This document shows positions 52,501 to 64,000 of a stretch of 64,000 nt of DNA, piece after piece. How positions within the stretch are numbered: the first letter of the stretch is position 1; every line of letters begins with the position of its first letter. The translations under genes were made by a program, and so were the position numbers. The stretch comes from Phoronis australis (lineage: Eukaryota > Animalia > Phoronida). Below the pieces are notes generated by a model. It saw only the letters and a program-made list of their open reading frames with translations, made no database searches and was not told the DNA's origin. The DNA lies in the NCBI GenBank assembly GCA_002633005.1, contig NMRA01000227.1, positions 303,863 to 367,862 of the forward strand, in the 5' to 3' direction.

Positions 52501-55500
52501 TTGGACTAAATTATCCAGTGTCATGTGACCTCATTGTATGCAGTGGCTGTCAAAACTGGGCAGTAAACAATTTTGCATTTTTAGTAACAAAAAAGGAACA
52601 TTTTGCTGAGCTTATTTTGTTGTAAGACAAATAAAAAATTGTAATTATGTTTGGTGCACATTCCATGATAACACGCCATTATTTTTAACATTAGAAGCAA
52701 TGAGTGAACCAAGACCCCCTTTATGAGGCTCGAAATTCATTTTGAAATTTAATCTTAAGACACTAAATTAATTTGAGGATGTTAAAAACCAAATATTATT
52801 AAATGTTTCTCTTGTTATTCAAAAAACTACAAAATCAAACTTTCAACGGAGAACACAGCAAAATAAAAACAGCAACCCCAACGGAAATTTCCAGAACTAT
52901 TTTTTACCTGGAATTCTTGGCTTTGACTTTAATTTTCAAATTTCAACCTGGAATATTTTGTTGGTCAAAATTGTGGACCTAGGGAATTTTCCATGTCGAA
53001 GACTACAAATTATGATTAATAAAAACATCGTATTCATTTTTGCAGTCTATTCCATTTCCAGACAATGAGGCATGTCAATCCCCTTCAAATAAAATGCACA
53101 ATTTGTTTTGATAAAAATCTATGGATGTTTTCTTGGTGCCTTTACTGTCTGTAAATTTGAAAATCATCAATTCTTTTTGATTTGTAGTAATGGTGACTCT
53201 GACCCCTACTGCCACTTTGGGACGGCCAATCACAGTCACCAACAGTGAGGGACAGGAAGTGCAAATCGTCCACACAGACTCCAGCGGAAATATAGTCGCG
53301 GCTGGGGGTGAGTCATGTTAACATGACTTGTTACAAAGAGATTGTCCTGAAAATATTTATATTGCAAAATTTAACCATTGAGAAGTGAGTGAAGTATAGA
53401 TGACAAGGACTTTCTGTTGTTTGTGTGTTATGGTGTGGTGTTTGTTTGTAAAGACGTGGTGTTTGTGTGTAATGACGTGGTGTTTGTTTGTAAAGACGTG
53501 GTGTTTGTGTGTAATGACGTGGTGTTTGTGTGCAGTGACGTGGTGTTTGTGTGTAATGACGTGGTGTTTGTGTGTAGTGCCGTGGTGTTTGTGTGTAATG
53601 AATGATGTGGTGTTTAGAATTAGACTTGAATTAGAACATCAACACCTCAAAATAGACGTGGGGAGTTAGATGGCTGACTCAGGCATCTACAAGTATGGTT
53701 TATGTAGACCCTATTCACGCGGCGGCCATTAAGATCCAAACCGAGGCTCACTGCGATAAACAAAGCGAAAGTAGACATTGCGTGAGTTAAATAGCCGGTC
53801 TTTCGAGTCCGACCTGGATATTAAATTTTAATGATGTGTGGACAATTAACCACAGAGACGTAGAAAATTACATTAGAGAACAAGTTAAGGCGCCAAAGAG
53901 TTGTCTGACGAAAGAGTTTAATTTTTTTCGGAAACTAGGTTCGAAACATGAAAAGTAAATATGTCCAAATTGCGGCAATTGTAGTGTTACGGATTAGTTA
54001 TTATGCTGAAGGCAGGGTTACGTTTTTTCTTGTAAATTGTTGATCAAAATACTTTCTATGCGGACCAGGTCAGCTGCTCGTATTGTTGACGAGTTGAAGA
54101 CATATTCGACAGTGGTGTCTGTCATGTGCAATTAGTCACATCTGGTTTAATTTGTTGATCAAGAATACTAACATCAAGCATAGCCTGATCCTATGCACTC
54201 ACTGGGACTAACAGTTGATTTGTCATTGATCTGAAAGAATAATTGATGATATTAAATATATTTTTATTAAAATGAAAAACCAGGCTCGTAATTGAAAATA
54301 AAAATTATTTGACCATCAATGCTTTCTTGGTTGTAATAATTCTTACGTCTATTTCATGTGTTAGATTTCAAATATCAATCTGGACCAAGTTGAATTTTAA
54401 AATTAAAACACCTAATTCGTTCGTCCAAAACATAACATCGTTTTAGAACTCAATTTCAGTTAACTCAGCAATCATAGTTATCATGTTTCTGCAGGAGCCT
54501 CTTTCATCCAAGGGGAACGGTGCCAGTGCCTACTGAGCGGCGATTTTTTCACCGAGTGAGGGCGGGAACAATCTACCTCCCGATCACCATCAATAGCACC
54601 CCCGCCCTGTTGCAAGCTCTCATAGGCTCTGCCTCAATTTAAAGTAGCCTTTTGTGCTCTTAAAAATTGTCACCTGTGTGGTTACAGGTGATTTGAACTC
54701 ATGACAAGAGATTTTTCACTAGGGGAATTTTTATGCCTCGTGAGGGAATTTCGCGTGATATTTCAATATGTTTGAGAAGGGAATAGGGCCGATATTGAGC
54801 CCCAAATTTGAGGGATTGAGGGCCCTGTCCTTTTTGGAAAGAAAAATTATGTTTCAACCCGTAGCAGGAGCGGATCCAGGTTTTTTAGTTAGGGGGGTAG
54901 GGCACAGGAATAAGCAACATTTCGGCAGATGCGCGCGCCCAGCCTAAACTCTGGGGATGCAGGGTTCTTGGGTTTGCGGACCTGTTGACTAAAAAATAAA
55001 ACGGTAAACGGGGTTCATTCAGCGCATATGCGTTGTTTATTCACCCCCGGTTGCGCACGTGTGCTAGTAAGCAATTCACACCCTAACTAAAGAATGGGAT
55101 CTGATACAATTTTAGGGGGGACCATGCCCCCCCAAATCCGTAGTCCTGAAAACACAGCCTTGCTGGCCCATTCTCCGGTCGTTACTATGATGCTTAACAA
55201 CTGACCGACATGCGACAAAATATGATCTAACTTTTCGAAAACATTTATAAATTTTACACGGACATATTTTGCTTCGTCGCGGCAACGACCCAACGCTTCC
55301 GAATCTCAACGTCTTTAGAGATTGTGAAGCAGACGGTTGCGTGTCCGTATTTTTTCTAGCCGTTCGCGGAACAACATGGTCTGAAACACAGAACTATGCC
55401 GATAAGCTAACAGAGCTATCGTAGCGAGCCTCGTTTTGGAATGCGCCTCCTGTCGGCGTGAATAGGGTCTATGGAGTTATATTCACCATCTTTTGACTTG

Positions 55501-58500
55501 GGCCTTTGACCAACTCTGTACTCTATTTGAACATTAATCAATGACATGCTATGAAAATTGCTCACTCAGTCTTCCATTTTTCAAGAAGAGTTTTGGTCAA
55601 AGTTTGAGTTTTGTCAGTTAATTGTCGAGAAGGAGATACTTTATTGGTTAGCTTCTCCACATTGTCAAGCAGAACAACTTCCTTTAAGCCACTAGTGTTT
55701 ATTGTGATAGTATAGAGCATTCACCATCTGAGAATAGTTATGTATGTTATTATTTCAGACTCCAATGCTGTGGTTATGACCACTAGAGTGGCCAACAACA
55801 CATCGTCTGTCTCTCTGGATGTCAGCGAACAAAAGTGCTGGTGGCATTTGGAAGAGGTGTGTGTCTGTCAAACATAGTATCACAGTTGTATCTGTTTTGA
55901 CTTATTTATCATTAGATCGTGCGTAATTGGAAAGTCTGTCTCACGGCGAGAAAACTATCCAAAATCACATGATCTCATTGAAAATGAATGGTGATTTCTC
56001 GTAAAATCTCGCGAGACCTTGCTTTTCTAGCGAGGTTCTAGCATTGCTAAACACTACCCCAGTCCTAAGGTGCATTCTGTAATACAAGACACTTGGCAAT
56101 ACGGCCAAACCATTTGGAGGGAAGGCAACCATTTTTATCATCATTTTTGGTTAAATTAAGATTTTCTGGTTGGTTGTCCTAGATAAATTTTCTACTTAAT
56201 TAAATTCACCGTTTTCAAATTAATTATGCAAGTGGGACATCAGAAGTAGCATTCGTGGCCAGAAGCATTCCTCACCATCTTTGTGAACGGATGCATGCAT
56301 ATGCTTTTTAAAAGTTAGACTGTTATTTGTCTTTCTCTGAGTCTTAATCAGTCTGGAAATTGTTGCATACTGGGTGCAAGCAATAATGAGCTCTAGAAGA
56401 GTATACAAGTTACATTTCACAAACATTTCTTACGGTCAGATTACAAAAGTGACATGAACGCAGAGAACATGTAGGTTCCTGCTTAACGTGTTCTGAAGAA
56501 GGATGCCATACAGTCAGCATTTCCTTTGTCTGTTCTCAGGCTGCCTGCTAGCAGTGTTTTTCGAAACATTAGGTGCTGCAGCCATTGTAGTGACTCAGGG
56601 ACACATTGTTGGTATTATCCGTGTGTGTAAACAGGCATCGTAGCACCTGAGGCCAGCAACCAGCACAGCTTTCTCATCTACATGATTCCTGTTTTTGTTG
56701 TCACCAACTCATCACCTGTCATCCATTGCAGATCAAACAATTACTAAATTCCATTCAACTGAGCTCTGGTTCAATCTAGGATGATCTGGAAGTATTCGCT
56801 GAAGGCAAACAATTTTTAGAAGCTAATATACACTCAACAAAGCTGGTGGAGAATTATTTGCTCTGCGAGCATCACTTCCGGAAGGAAACATGCCCAGTTA
56901 TTAATTTAGATGTATTGACAAATACATCTGAAAATATCTAGGATAACCAAAAATCGTTATTTAACCAATTATCACCCTAAATATGCATGCCTTCCCCCAT
57001 ATAAGTCTAGTGTGAGCCTACAGCATGTAACTGATGTATAGATTACCACAGACTGGCTTTGAAGTGCAGCCTACTACATTACTATTCAATATGTTATTTA
57101 TAAAAGTTCACGTGGTACAATCGTGGCTAGATCGTAGCCATCTGTGCTTCCATCACTTAGTCGTTGTGGAGTGTCTACTAACAACATGGAAGAAAGTGGG
57201 AAACTCATACCCAAAGTGACTGAAAGTCTTATAAGAATGGGTCAACTTTCTATGACTGACTATACGTTATCTATAATGTTACATACTGTTTAACGATTGT
57301 CCATGAATACTTACATTTAATGGCACTCGAAACATTTAGTTTTTGAAGATAGACTGAAGATAATAATAATGATTTTCTTCTGCTTTCATATAATTTCCAC
57401 CTGTTTTCAGAATGTATGATTTGTGCTCATTAGTTAACTGTGCTTCCCTGTAGTGTGCAGTGTTGGTAATAACAGTGAAGATTGTCACTAAACAATTTAA
57501 TTAGGTTGCTAGACTATACATATATAGATTGTTATTTTCACAACCAAGCAAAACTGTTGTACCTTGACAGTTTCGGCTACTCACAGCAGCCAAATTCGGA
57601 AGCTATAGCTATTGGACACTAGTGGGCGTGGTGGTGTGAGTGTTCCAAATTTTAGATAACTTATACCCCCATTGTCCCTGTTCATAACTGGGCCACTTTT
57701 TCTCACCCGAATAGACTCTTATCAAGAAGATTGGTAAATATCACTAGTGTCTTGCCTTCTTGATTAGATTGCAAACAACCTGCAACAACAGGTTCAACAG
57801 TTGAAGCAGCTGATAGAGAATGGTAAACAGGCAGCGAGTCAAGCCAAGGAGAATGAGCTTCAACAACTAAAGATACAGATGGAGAAAGAGAAGGCAGAGG
57901 TAAGCAGTAGTGTACTTGATGACTCACAGAAAACGTTTGGCAACCTGTTATTGGTCAGAATGGTTCTAGAAGCTGGGGCTCATTCCAAGAAACTGACTTA
58001 ATTTCTTTTTTACTTAAGTTTAAGATTTGTCTCAACTTCCAAATTTTGGAACTTCCACATTTGGTTAGATAATCAAAATTAAGACAAAACCTAAGTCAAA
58101 AACTTAGCTGAAACTTAAGATCTCTTTCTAGAAATGGACTTGAGGCAAATATAAGTTTTATCTTAAAATTGACAGTTTTTAAAAGTCTTTATTTATTTAG
58201 TATTTATTAGTGTAATATTTACAATGAGGGTATCCCCATCAGTTCACACTGCTTTCCATGGGGGCCCTCAGCAGAGTCAGTTTTCTTGCACAAACTTATT
58301 TCTTGAACTTACTCTTTGTCTTCATGTACTTAATTACGTAAGCTGTTGCAGTCCTGTCCAATTCAGTTTTTATGTGCTCACATATTTATGTGTGGACGCA
58401 TTATGCCATCATCTGTGTCCGTCCGGCGTGCGTCTGGTGTGCATCCGGTGTGCGTCCGGCGTCTGCTGCTCTATCTCCAAAACGCTTTGACGTATGTTCA

Positions 58501-59138
58501 TGAAATTTTGCACATATATTCCTTTCATGGATCGGACAGCATGAGCGAACTTTCGGACGGGTCCGACCATCCTTGTGCCCCCTTTTGGCAATTTTAGTTT
58601 TTTACGTTTAACTTTGTATCTTCAAAGGTCCTCAACGTATTTTCATAAGATTTGGCATATAGGCATCTGTTAGTGAGGTGATGCTATCGTCTTGTTTTCA
58701 GTGGGATTTGACATAGTTTGCACCACCTAGGGGCCATTTTTACTGTTTTCGAGTCCACCCCTCTATCAACCAAACCGCTTTAAGGATGATTGTGAAAATT
58801 GGCAAAACCTTATTCTTTGTATGTCAAACTCTTCTTTTTACTTTTGCTATGCATTGTAGTCTGTGAAATATTGTACCCATTATAGCTGTCATCTTTGCTT
58901 TTTTGTCTCTAAGAGACCAAAGGCTGATTTGTGGTAACCTTTTTTGTAGGCGGTTAATGCAGCTCGCATAGAAGCGCAGATGAACTTGTCACGTGCCGTG
59001 ATGGAGGAACGAGCGCGCCGAGATATAGCAGTACAGCAGGCCCTGGCACAGCAAAGGGTGGACATGCAGGAGAAAATAGACGCAGCCAGCGGGGAGAAGG
59101 TCTATGTCACCTGGGACTCGGACAAGGAGAAAGAATGA
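46579..59138 (+). CDS. DEAF1: DEAF1-like SAND-domain transcription factor, about 440 aa. Exons 46579-47035, 48081-48286, 50309-50429, 53188-53307, 55759-55856, 57768-57899, 58950-59138
   Basis: SAND domain VLPIRC...GSGGRGRCI...WYTPNEFE...[16 protein letters not shown]. It is followed by [13 protein letters not shown], the [22 protein letters not shown] and a coiled coil. Junctions are in phase (1323 nt). No MYND finger was found. Confidence 0.9.
50849..51937. mobile_element. Same MITE family as 7532-8228, with a duplicated left part (second left end at 51353)
   Basis: taCCGTATTCGCCGTAATAACC occurs at 50849 and 51353, with one right TIR TTATTACGGCAAATACGGta ending at 51937. The interior is similar to 7532-8228. 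Confidence 0.8.
53418..53615. repeat. 21-bp GT-rich minisatellite
   Basis: GACGTGGTGTTTGTGTGTAAT units. Confidence 0.9.
53705..55471. mobile_element. Unclassified non-autonomous TIR DNA transposon, about 1.77 kb, in DEAF1 intron 4
   Basis: Perfect 16-bp inverted termini TAGACCCTATTCACGC / GCGTGAATAGGGTCTA, plus subterminal CCAAACCGAGGCTC / GAGCCTCGTTTTGG. Confidence 0.8.
54865..55148. mobile_element. Small nested MITE inside 53705-55471
   Basis: Degenerate termini CAGGAGCGGATCCAGG...GGGGG and CCCCCCCAAATCCGTAGTCCTG. Confidence 0.5.
58367..58810 (+). mobile_element. Helentron/DINE-1-like non-autonomous element fragment
   Basis: TTTTTATGTGCTCACATATTTATGTGTGGACGCATTATG...GTCCGTCCGGCG...TTCATGAAATTT, homologous to 39641-39896. 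Confidence 0.65.
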
Positions 59139-62100
59139 GTGGCAGAGAATTATGTGACTGGGAAGTTGTCGGAGACTTTACTGTGAGGGTGGGTGATGCA
59201 CATGTTTAACTGCTGCAAAGTGCCAGAAGTATTGAATTTTGAAGTGGAAGTATTCAATGTGTATAACCAAATGGCAGCTGAGTAATTGTTGCCATGTGAC
59301 ATGGCATTGTTGCTTTCTGAAAATCTGCCATTAGCCTTATGGTTATCTAGTGTGCACAAAATGACACTTCTCCAGTGCCGGGAGTGGCAGGAAAATTGGG
59401 TACCAACAAAAGTGTTGGCAATGTTGGAGGAGCTCGGCAGTTTGAAAATTGTAATAATTAGGGCTATCAAATTTTTTATAGCTTGGTGACAACGCTGCAG
59501 TTCTTGAGACATTGTCTTCGTATGAAATGTATTTTCTGAGTTACACTGTATTTAACTCTAGTAAATCTTGAGGTTTATCAAGTGTTATTGGACGATACAC
59601 TTTTATTTTCAGTTGCAGCTCTACTCCTTTAGTGTTGAGGTCTATTTATTTGTAATTTCTTGCATTTCAACAGAGTTTATTACTTATAGAAAAAGATCTG
59701 AGATTATTCTGCCTAATTTCTGAATTGTCCATAAACTTGTTCCTGTTTTATATGCTTTCGTAATTTTCAGCACTCGTGCTTTTTACAGTTTTCCTGTATA
59801 ACTTTCTAAGCAAGTGGGAAAATGTGTACATAACCTAGAATTAAAGATTTCATTGTGTAATTTGCAGTCAAAAAGTCATTGGGAGTGAATGGTGCTGCAC
59901 CACCCCCATATTCACAAGACTGTTCGAAGTTTGCTCTGTTGTATTAATGATGCAAACATTCAGATTGTATTGTTACCACTATTCTAATTGTATAGAATGC
60001 ATTATGTGTTACACAAACAGCAGACTATACTAGGATTTCTTATATTAAATTCTGTTCGGTTGATGACTGTTAAAACACATCCAGTGCATCTTGCAAACCT
60101 CAAGGCAGTGAATATTGAGCTAATTACAACATATCAGTGTTTAAGTTGTGACTTTTGCTTTAGTGTATGTACATAATTGTATAAAAGTAATGAAGGTTAC
60201 TCAGCTTGATAGTGTAAACCGCTATAATAATTATTGCTATTGCACTATGTAGTGTTTTTACATAGTTATAATGCTCTTGACATATGGTTTCGAACATTAT
60301 TCGTGCGATTTCTAAAAGTTTCATGTTCAAAGGCTTACTCAGATGTCCATAATGGTTGTTTATGAACATTTAGTTTGTAAAAATTTGTGTTGTTTTTCGG
60401 TTTGTTACTACTACTGATATTAAACAAAATGTGATGTTTTTTTCTTGTTCTTTGCTATTTGTATGAGAATGTGTAGGATAGGTATAGAGACTATATACTG
60501 CCCAGAGTCAAATTTTGTTATAAAATATGTCGAGGCGATTTTAGTTGTGAACTTACTTTAGATGGTTTCGCTCAAATCTGGAAAAAGATGCTTTTTGATG
60601 GGATCAGTGCTGTGTAGTAACTGGTTGAAATGTATATATGTGGTTCTTACTGTTTGTCTGGTTTTGTACGTATGGTGACTCTCAGTTATTACATAGGCAT
60701 CTTGGATCCCAGACTGAAGTGTCTTATTCAAGATCTTGAGTGTAATCAACTAGAGTCGAATTTGTGCTATTTAACAAAATTTGTATCATAGAATGTCTGT
60801 GACCTAGATATACTGTAGCCTTCTTTCCTAACAACGTGTGAAATGTGTTGCTCATTTATCATCAACTCCTTCGTGTCAGATGTTTCTTGAAATGGGCCAT
60901 TGTCTCCATGTGAATTTTTACTCTTAAATGTGGGTGTTGCTCTCAGTGTACAAATGAATATTATCAGACTTTTAAATGATGATTTAACTGGTTCCTGTGA
61001 GAGACTATCGTGAATAGCATAGAGTTGTTACGCACCATCCATTAGTAATGCAATATCTGCAAATTTTTCAGGATAAGCTTTTTAATAATATATTTTAATA
61101 AGATTTAAGAACCCAAAACTGTCAAATATTTAATTCAACAGGTTTAGCTGAAGACTGCGACTGTTTAAAATGAGATAACATTCCAGTGTACTCATGTGTT
61201 TAGTTAATAGTTTTAATGAATAAATGTTATATTGCAATGCTTTTTATTTTTTATGTCATTAGATTATTATACATTACTATTACTCTGGCTCGGTGGACTT
61301 GGCTGTGTCACTACTTATGAAATCAATCATTTATGTGCTATTGAACCCAGTTTGAATCCATTACATGGACATGGATGATGTTGTTCACGTTGTGTTGATA
61401 TCAAAAAAACCTTAATCGTAAAAATTGGTGTATAAGACCGGCGACCTTATATTTGAGTATGTCATATTCAAATGAATAAGGCTTGGGTCATTTTCATTCT
61501 GATGTGAACTAAAACACAAATTAGAGTATGGAATTCACAACATTTTCATGAACTTGCTTTGTCAACTTTGCAGCTACTTAAAGCGGCAATAGATTTCTGT
61601 CCAAGAAACAAACTTAAGACTACTTGCCAGTAGAGATTTGTCAAGAGCTTAATTGTTTGTAATACAGATGAATGATTTCTGTGAGTTTGTCGGGTAAAGA
61701 ACTGGCTGGTTGCAGTTTTTTGGGAGTATACTCAGCACATAAAATGACATGCTGCATGTGTGACTACTGAGCCAACTTGTAGAGCTGCTTGATTTCAAGC
61801 CATAACAAACTGTCGATTCTTTTGAAACTCTGATCATGTAATTGTCGTGAGGACTTAGACAGGCTGGAACCTCAGGGGTCGTGGCTGACACTCCACCAGC
61901 TTATCTACACTAATTCGAAGTCTTTGTCCAACAGTCACGGGTTGTGGGTCATAAATGGAGCTCAAAATGCAAGTCATGTTTCTTCAGGATGCTCTTATCA
62001 TCAAAGCATCAGCTTCACGAGCAATAAAATGTAATAGATTGTAGTTTCAGTTTCTCTAGTCCCAAGTCATCCGGAGTTGTCCCATTCAGTTGACAACTCC

Positions 62101-62833
62101 AGCCGGTCTCTCACGAGGATTTAACATTATGAGTCATCTAGAATTTGACTATGTAAGGACCAATTTGAGACCAATGGCATACTGGCAGTAAATTATTATA
62201 AATCAAACGTTGATTTTTTTTTGCTGTAATACAACTGCCCTGCTCATGGCAGGGCATTGTGCTTTTTAAAACTTCAATTGTTTACCTCCCATCACTGCCC
62301 ATCAAAATGTCGCTCTTTTTTGACATACTCAAAATTGGTGTGTTGTTGTAGGGCCTTTCCACGTGATTAATCCCCGCCATCCTATGGATGGAAGATCATC
62401 ATGGCCGTTTGATCACCCCAGGTTAACATTATTTCTCAGCTATCGACAGACAAAAAATGACGTTCCTCCTCTGAAAGTTATGATGTATTCTCACTCAAAT
62501 ATAACAATGTTTCCCAAAATGCAATTTTTATCACTAATGCCAAGGCCTAAGTCAGCACATTTTGTGGTGGATCGAACACTGTAGGATGGTACGCCGGACG
62601 AGTTTCAGTAACGTTAGGACTACGCAAGGACCAAGCTGAAATATAGCCAAAGTCATGTGATCTCTTTGAAATACACGACAATACCTCACGTAATCTCGCG
62701 ATGATTTGGACTTTAGCGAGGTCCTGGCGTTACTGAACTCTGTTCCCCGGCCCGTGGGCAACTTCCGTCCACCTGAACTGTTGACCTAAATAAAAGAACC
62801 GACATGGGGGAACCAGCTATAAAGCAGTCCAAA

Positions 62834-62900
62834 ATGAGCTCTTTGCTCGATCAGCTTAAAGACTTCACCACTGTCGTCGCTGACACTGGCGATTTCGAAG
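62834..62900 (+). CDS. TALDO1: Transaldolase, first coding exon (gene continues beyond the window)
   Basis: ATG...MSSLLDQLKDFTTVVADTGDFE followed by donor AG|GTAAAT. This matches the conserved transaldolase N-terminus (LxQLK..TTVVADTGDF). Confidence 0.92.
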
Positions 62901-63329
62901 GTAAATATTCATACCATTTTCGTATGTTGGGACCAGTCAAGAAACATTGCTGTTGAGTGATCTTTTGTATAAACTACACTAACAGCTGGAACCACTCGTG
63001 CATGTCCGGATGACTTAGAGTAGTAATAAATCCTTATTTAAAAGTCGGTGAGATTTAACAATGAAACGTTAGTACAAGTGTAACCTTGGTTCAAAGCTGT
63101 ATATAAATATACAGCTAGCAGTCTTCATACAGCTAGCTGGCTGGCTAGTACAAGTGCTTAATTATCCGACAAATTTAATTTCTACAAAATGAAAATACAC
63201 CAAAGTACGCATACATGTTAGTTGTTACGTGTAGACATCGTAGCAGTTTTCACAAGAGCAGATCTCAGAGAAAAAATCATGAGCAACAGTGGCAAATTCA
63301 TTTAAGGCAGTACATTGTCTCATTACTGA

Positions 63330-63860
63330 TGGCAATGAGTTCCATAGCAAAGTACCTTTATGGGAGATTGAGTTCAACCGTAAGTCATGGTATTAAAGCG
63401 TTTCACATAGAGACAGTTTTCACCTCTGAGACCGTATCCAGACTCTCTAAATTCAAGCTTTCCTGACAAAGGACAGGGTCCAATAACATAAACATTTTTG
63501 AATACTTCAATAGATAAACTTTTCATCCGCCAACTACTTAGAGAGCAGCTCCTAGCCTTATCTAAGAGTTGTGAATAGCTCGACTCGCTGTCATTGAACA
63601 CAAATTTTAAAGCACGGTGTTGTATCTTTTCCATTTTTCCTACTTTTCTGTAATCCACACCAAACGAGAATAAAAATGCGTGATATAACTTAAGCTTACT
63701 GTTAGTGCCTAAAACATTACGAAGACGGAACAAGGCATTGTCGGGTTTTTGCAAATATCAACGTACTAATGAAATTTAAACTGGCTGTCAAGTTTGACAC
63801 CTAGCAGCTTAACGGACTCTTCACACTCAATCATAGTATCACCGGACATGAGATACCTGA
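63330..63860 (-). mobile_element. Degenerate CR1/L2-clade LINE ORF2 3' fragment in TALDO1 intron 1
   Basis: Minus-strand translation gives VKLLGVKLDSQFKF, KLKLYHAF, KMEKIQHRALKFVF...SYSQLLDK, EVFK and YGLRG, typical of the post-RT region. It is frameshifted. Confidence 0.8.
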
Positions 63861-64000
63861 AGTATTTTCTGGCCGGTTGGAGGCACAGGCACAGAGGTCG
63901 CAGACGGTCACTTGCACTGATCTAATTATAGGTCGTCTGGGAATGTGGGAGTGACAAATTTCAGGCACAGTCTTCGAGGGACAATGGCGATTAGGTGTCA

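Noticed and set aside
59286-59489. ORF with QCREWQENW as a MYND remnant
   Set aside because: It lacks the CxxC pairs and His/Cys ligands and lies in the probable 3' UTR.

Overview
This is AT-rich, intron-rich eukaryotic genomic DNA from a metazoan. Gene and repeat style suggests an invertebrate deuterostome, but that is inference. It is a draft assembly with N-gaps at 13833-14041, 39261-39640 and 44806-45683, and single-N joins at 4415 and 42649. Five protein-coding genes were reconstructed exon by exon from GT-AG boundaries and translation. (1) OTC, minus strand; the last exon appears to lie outside the window and one internal exon was not found. (2) Mitochondrial thiolase ACAT1, plus strand; one exon is probably in a gap. 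(3) PATL1/Pat1, minus strand, 19 coding exons, about 731 aa. (4) A DEAF1-like SAND protein, plus strand, about 440 aa, with no MYND finger visible. (5) The first exon of transaldolase TALDO1, plus strand. OTC/ACAT1 and PATL1/DEAF1 are tight head-to-head pairs. Introns carry many non-autonomous DNA transposons (6-bp-TSD hAT-like, piggyBac-like, Tc1/pogo-like, Harbinger-like, Helentron-like), a LINE fragment and many minisatellites. The most notable oddities are: four tandem duplications across splice sites in PATL1, two candidate recursive splice sites, a DEAF1 ending without MYND, a diverged copy of the TALDO1 upstream region inside a DEAF1 intron, and duplicated promoter-like blocks in PATL1 intron 1. 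Most ORFs in the supplied track are spurious. No wholly new biological system can be established from sequence alone.
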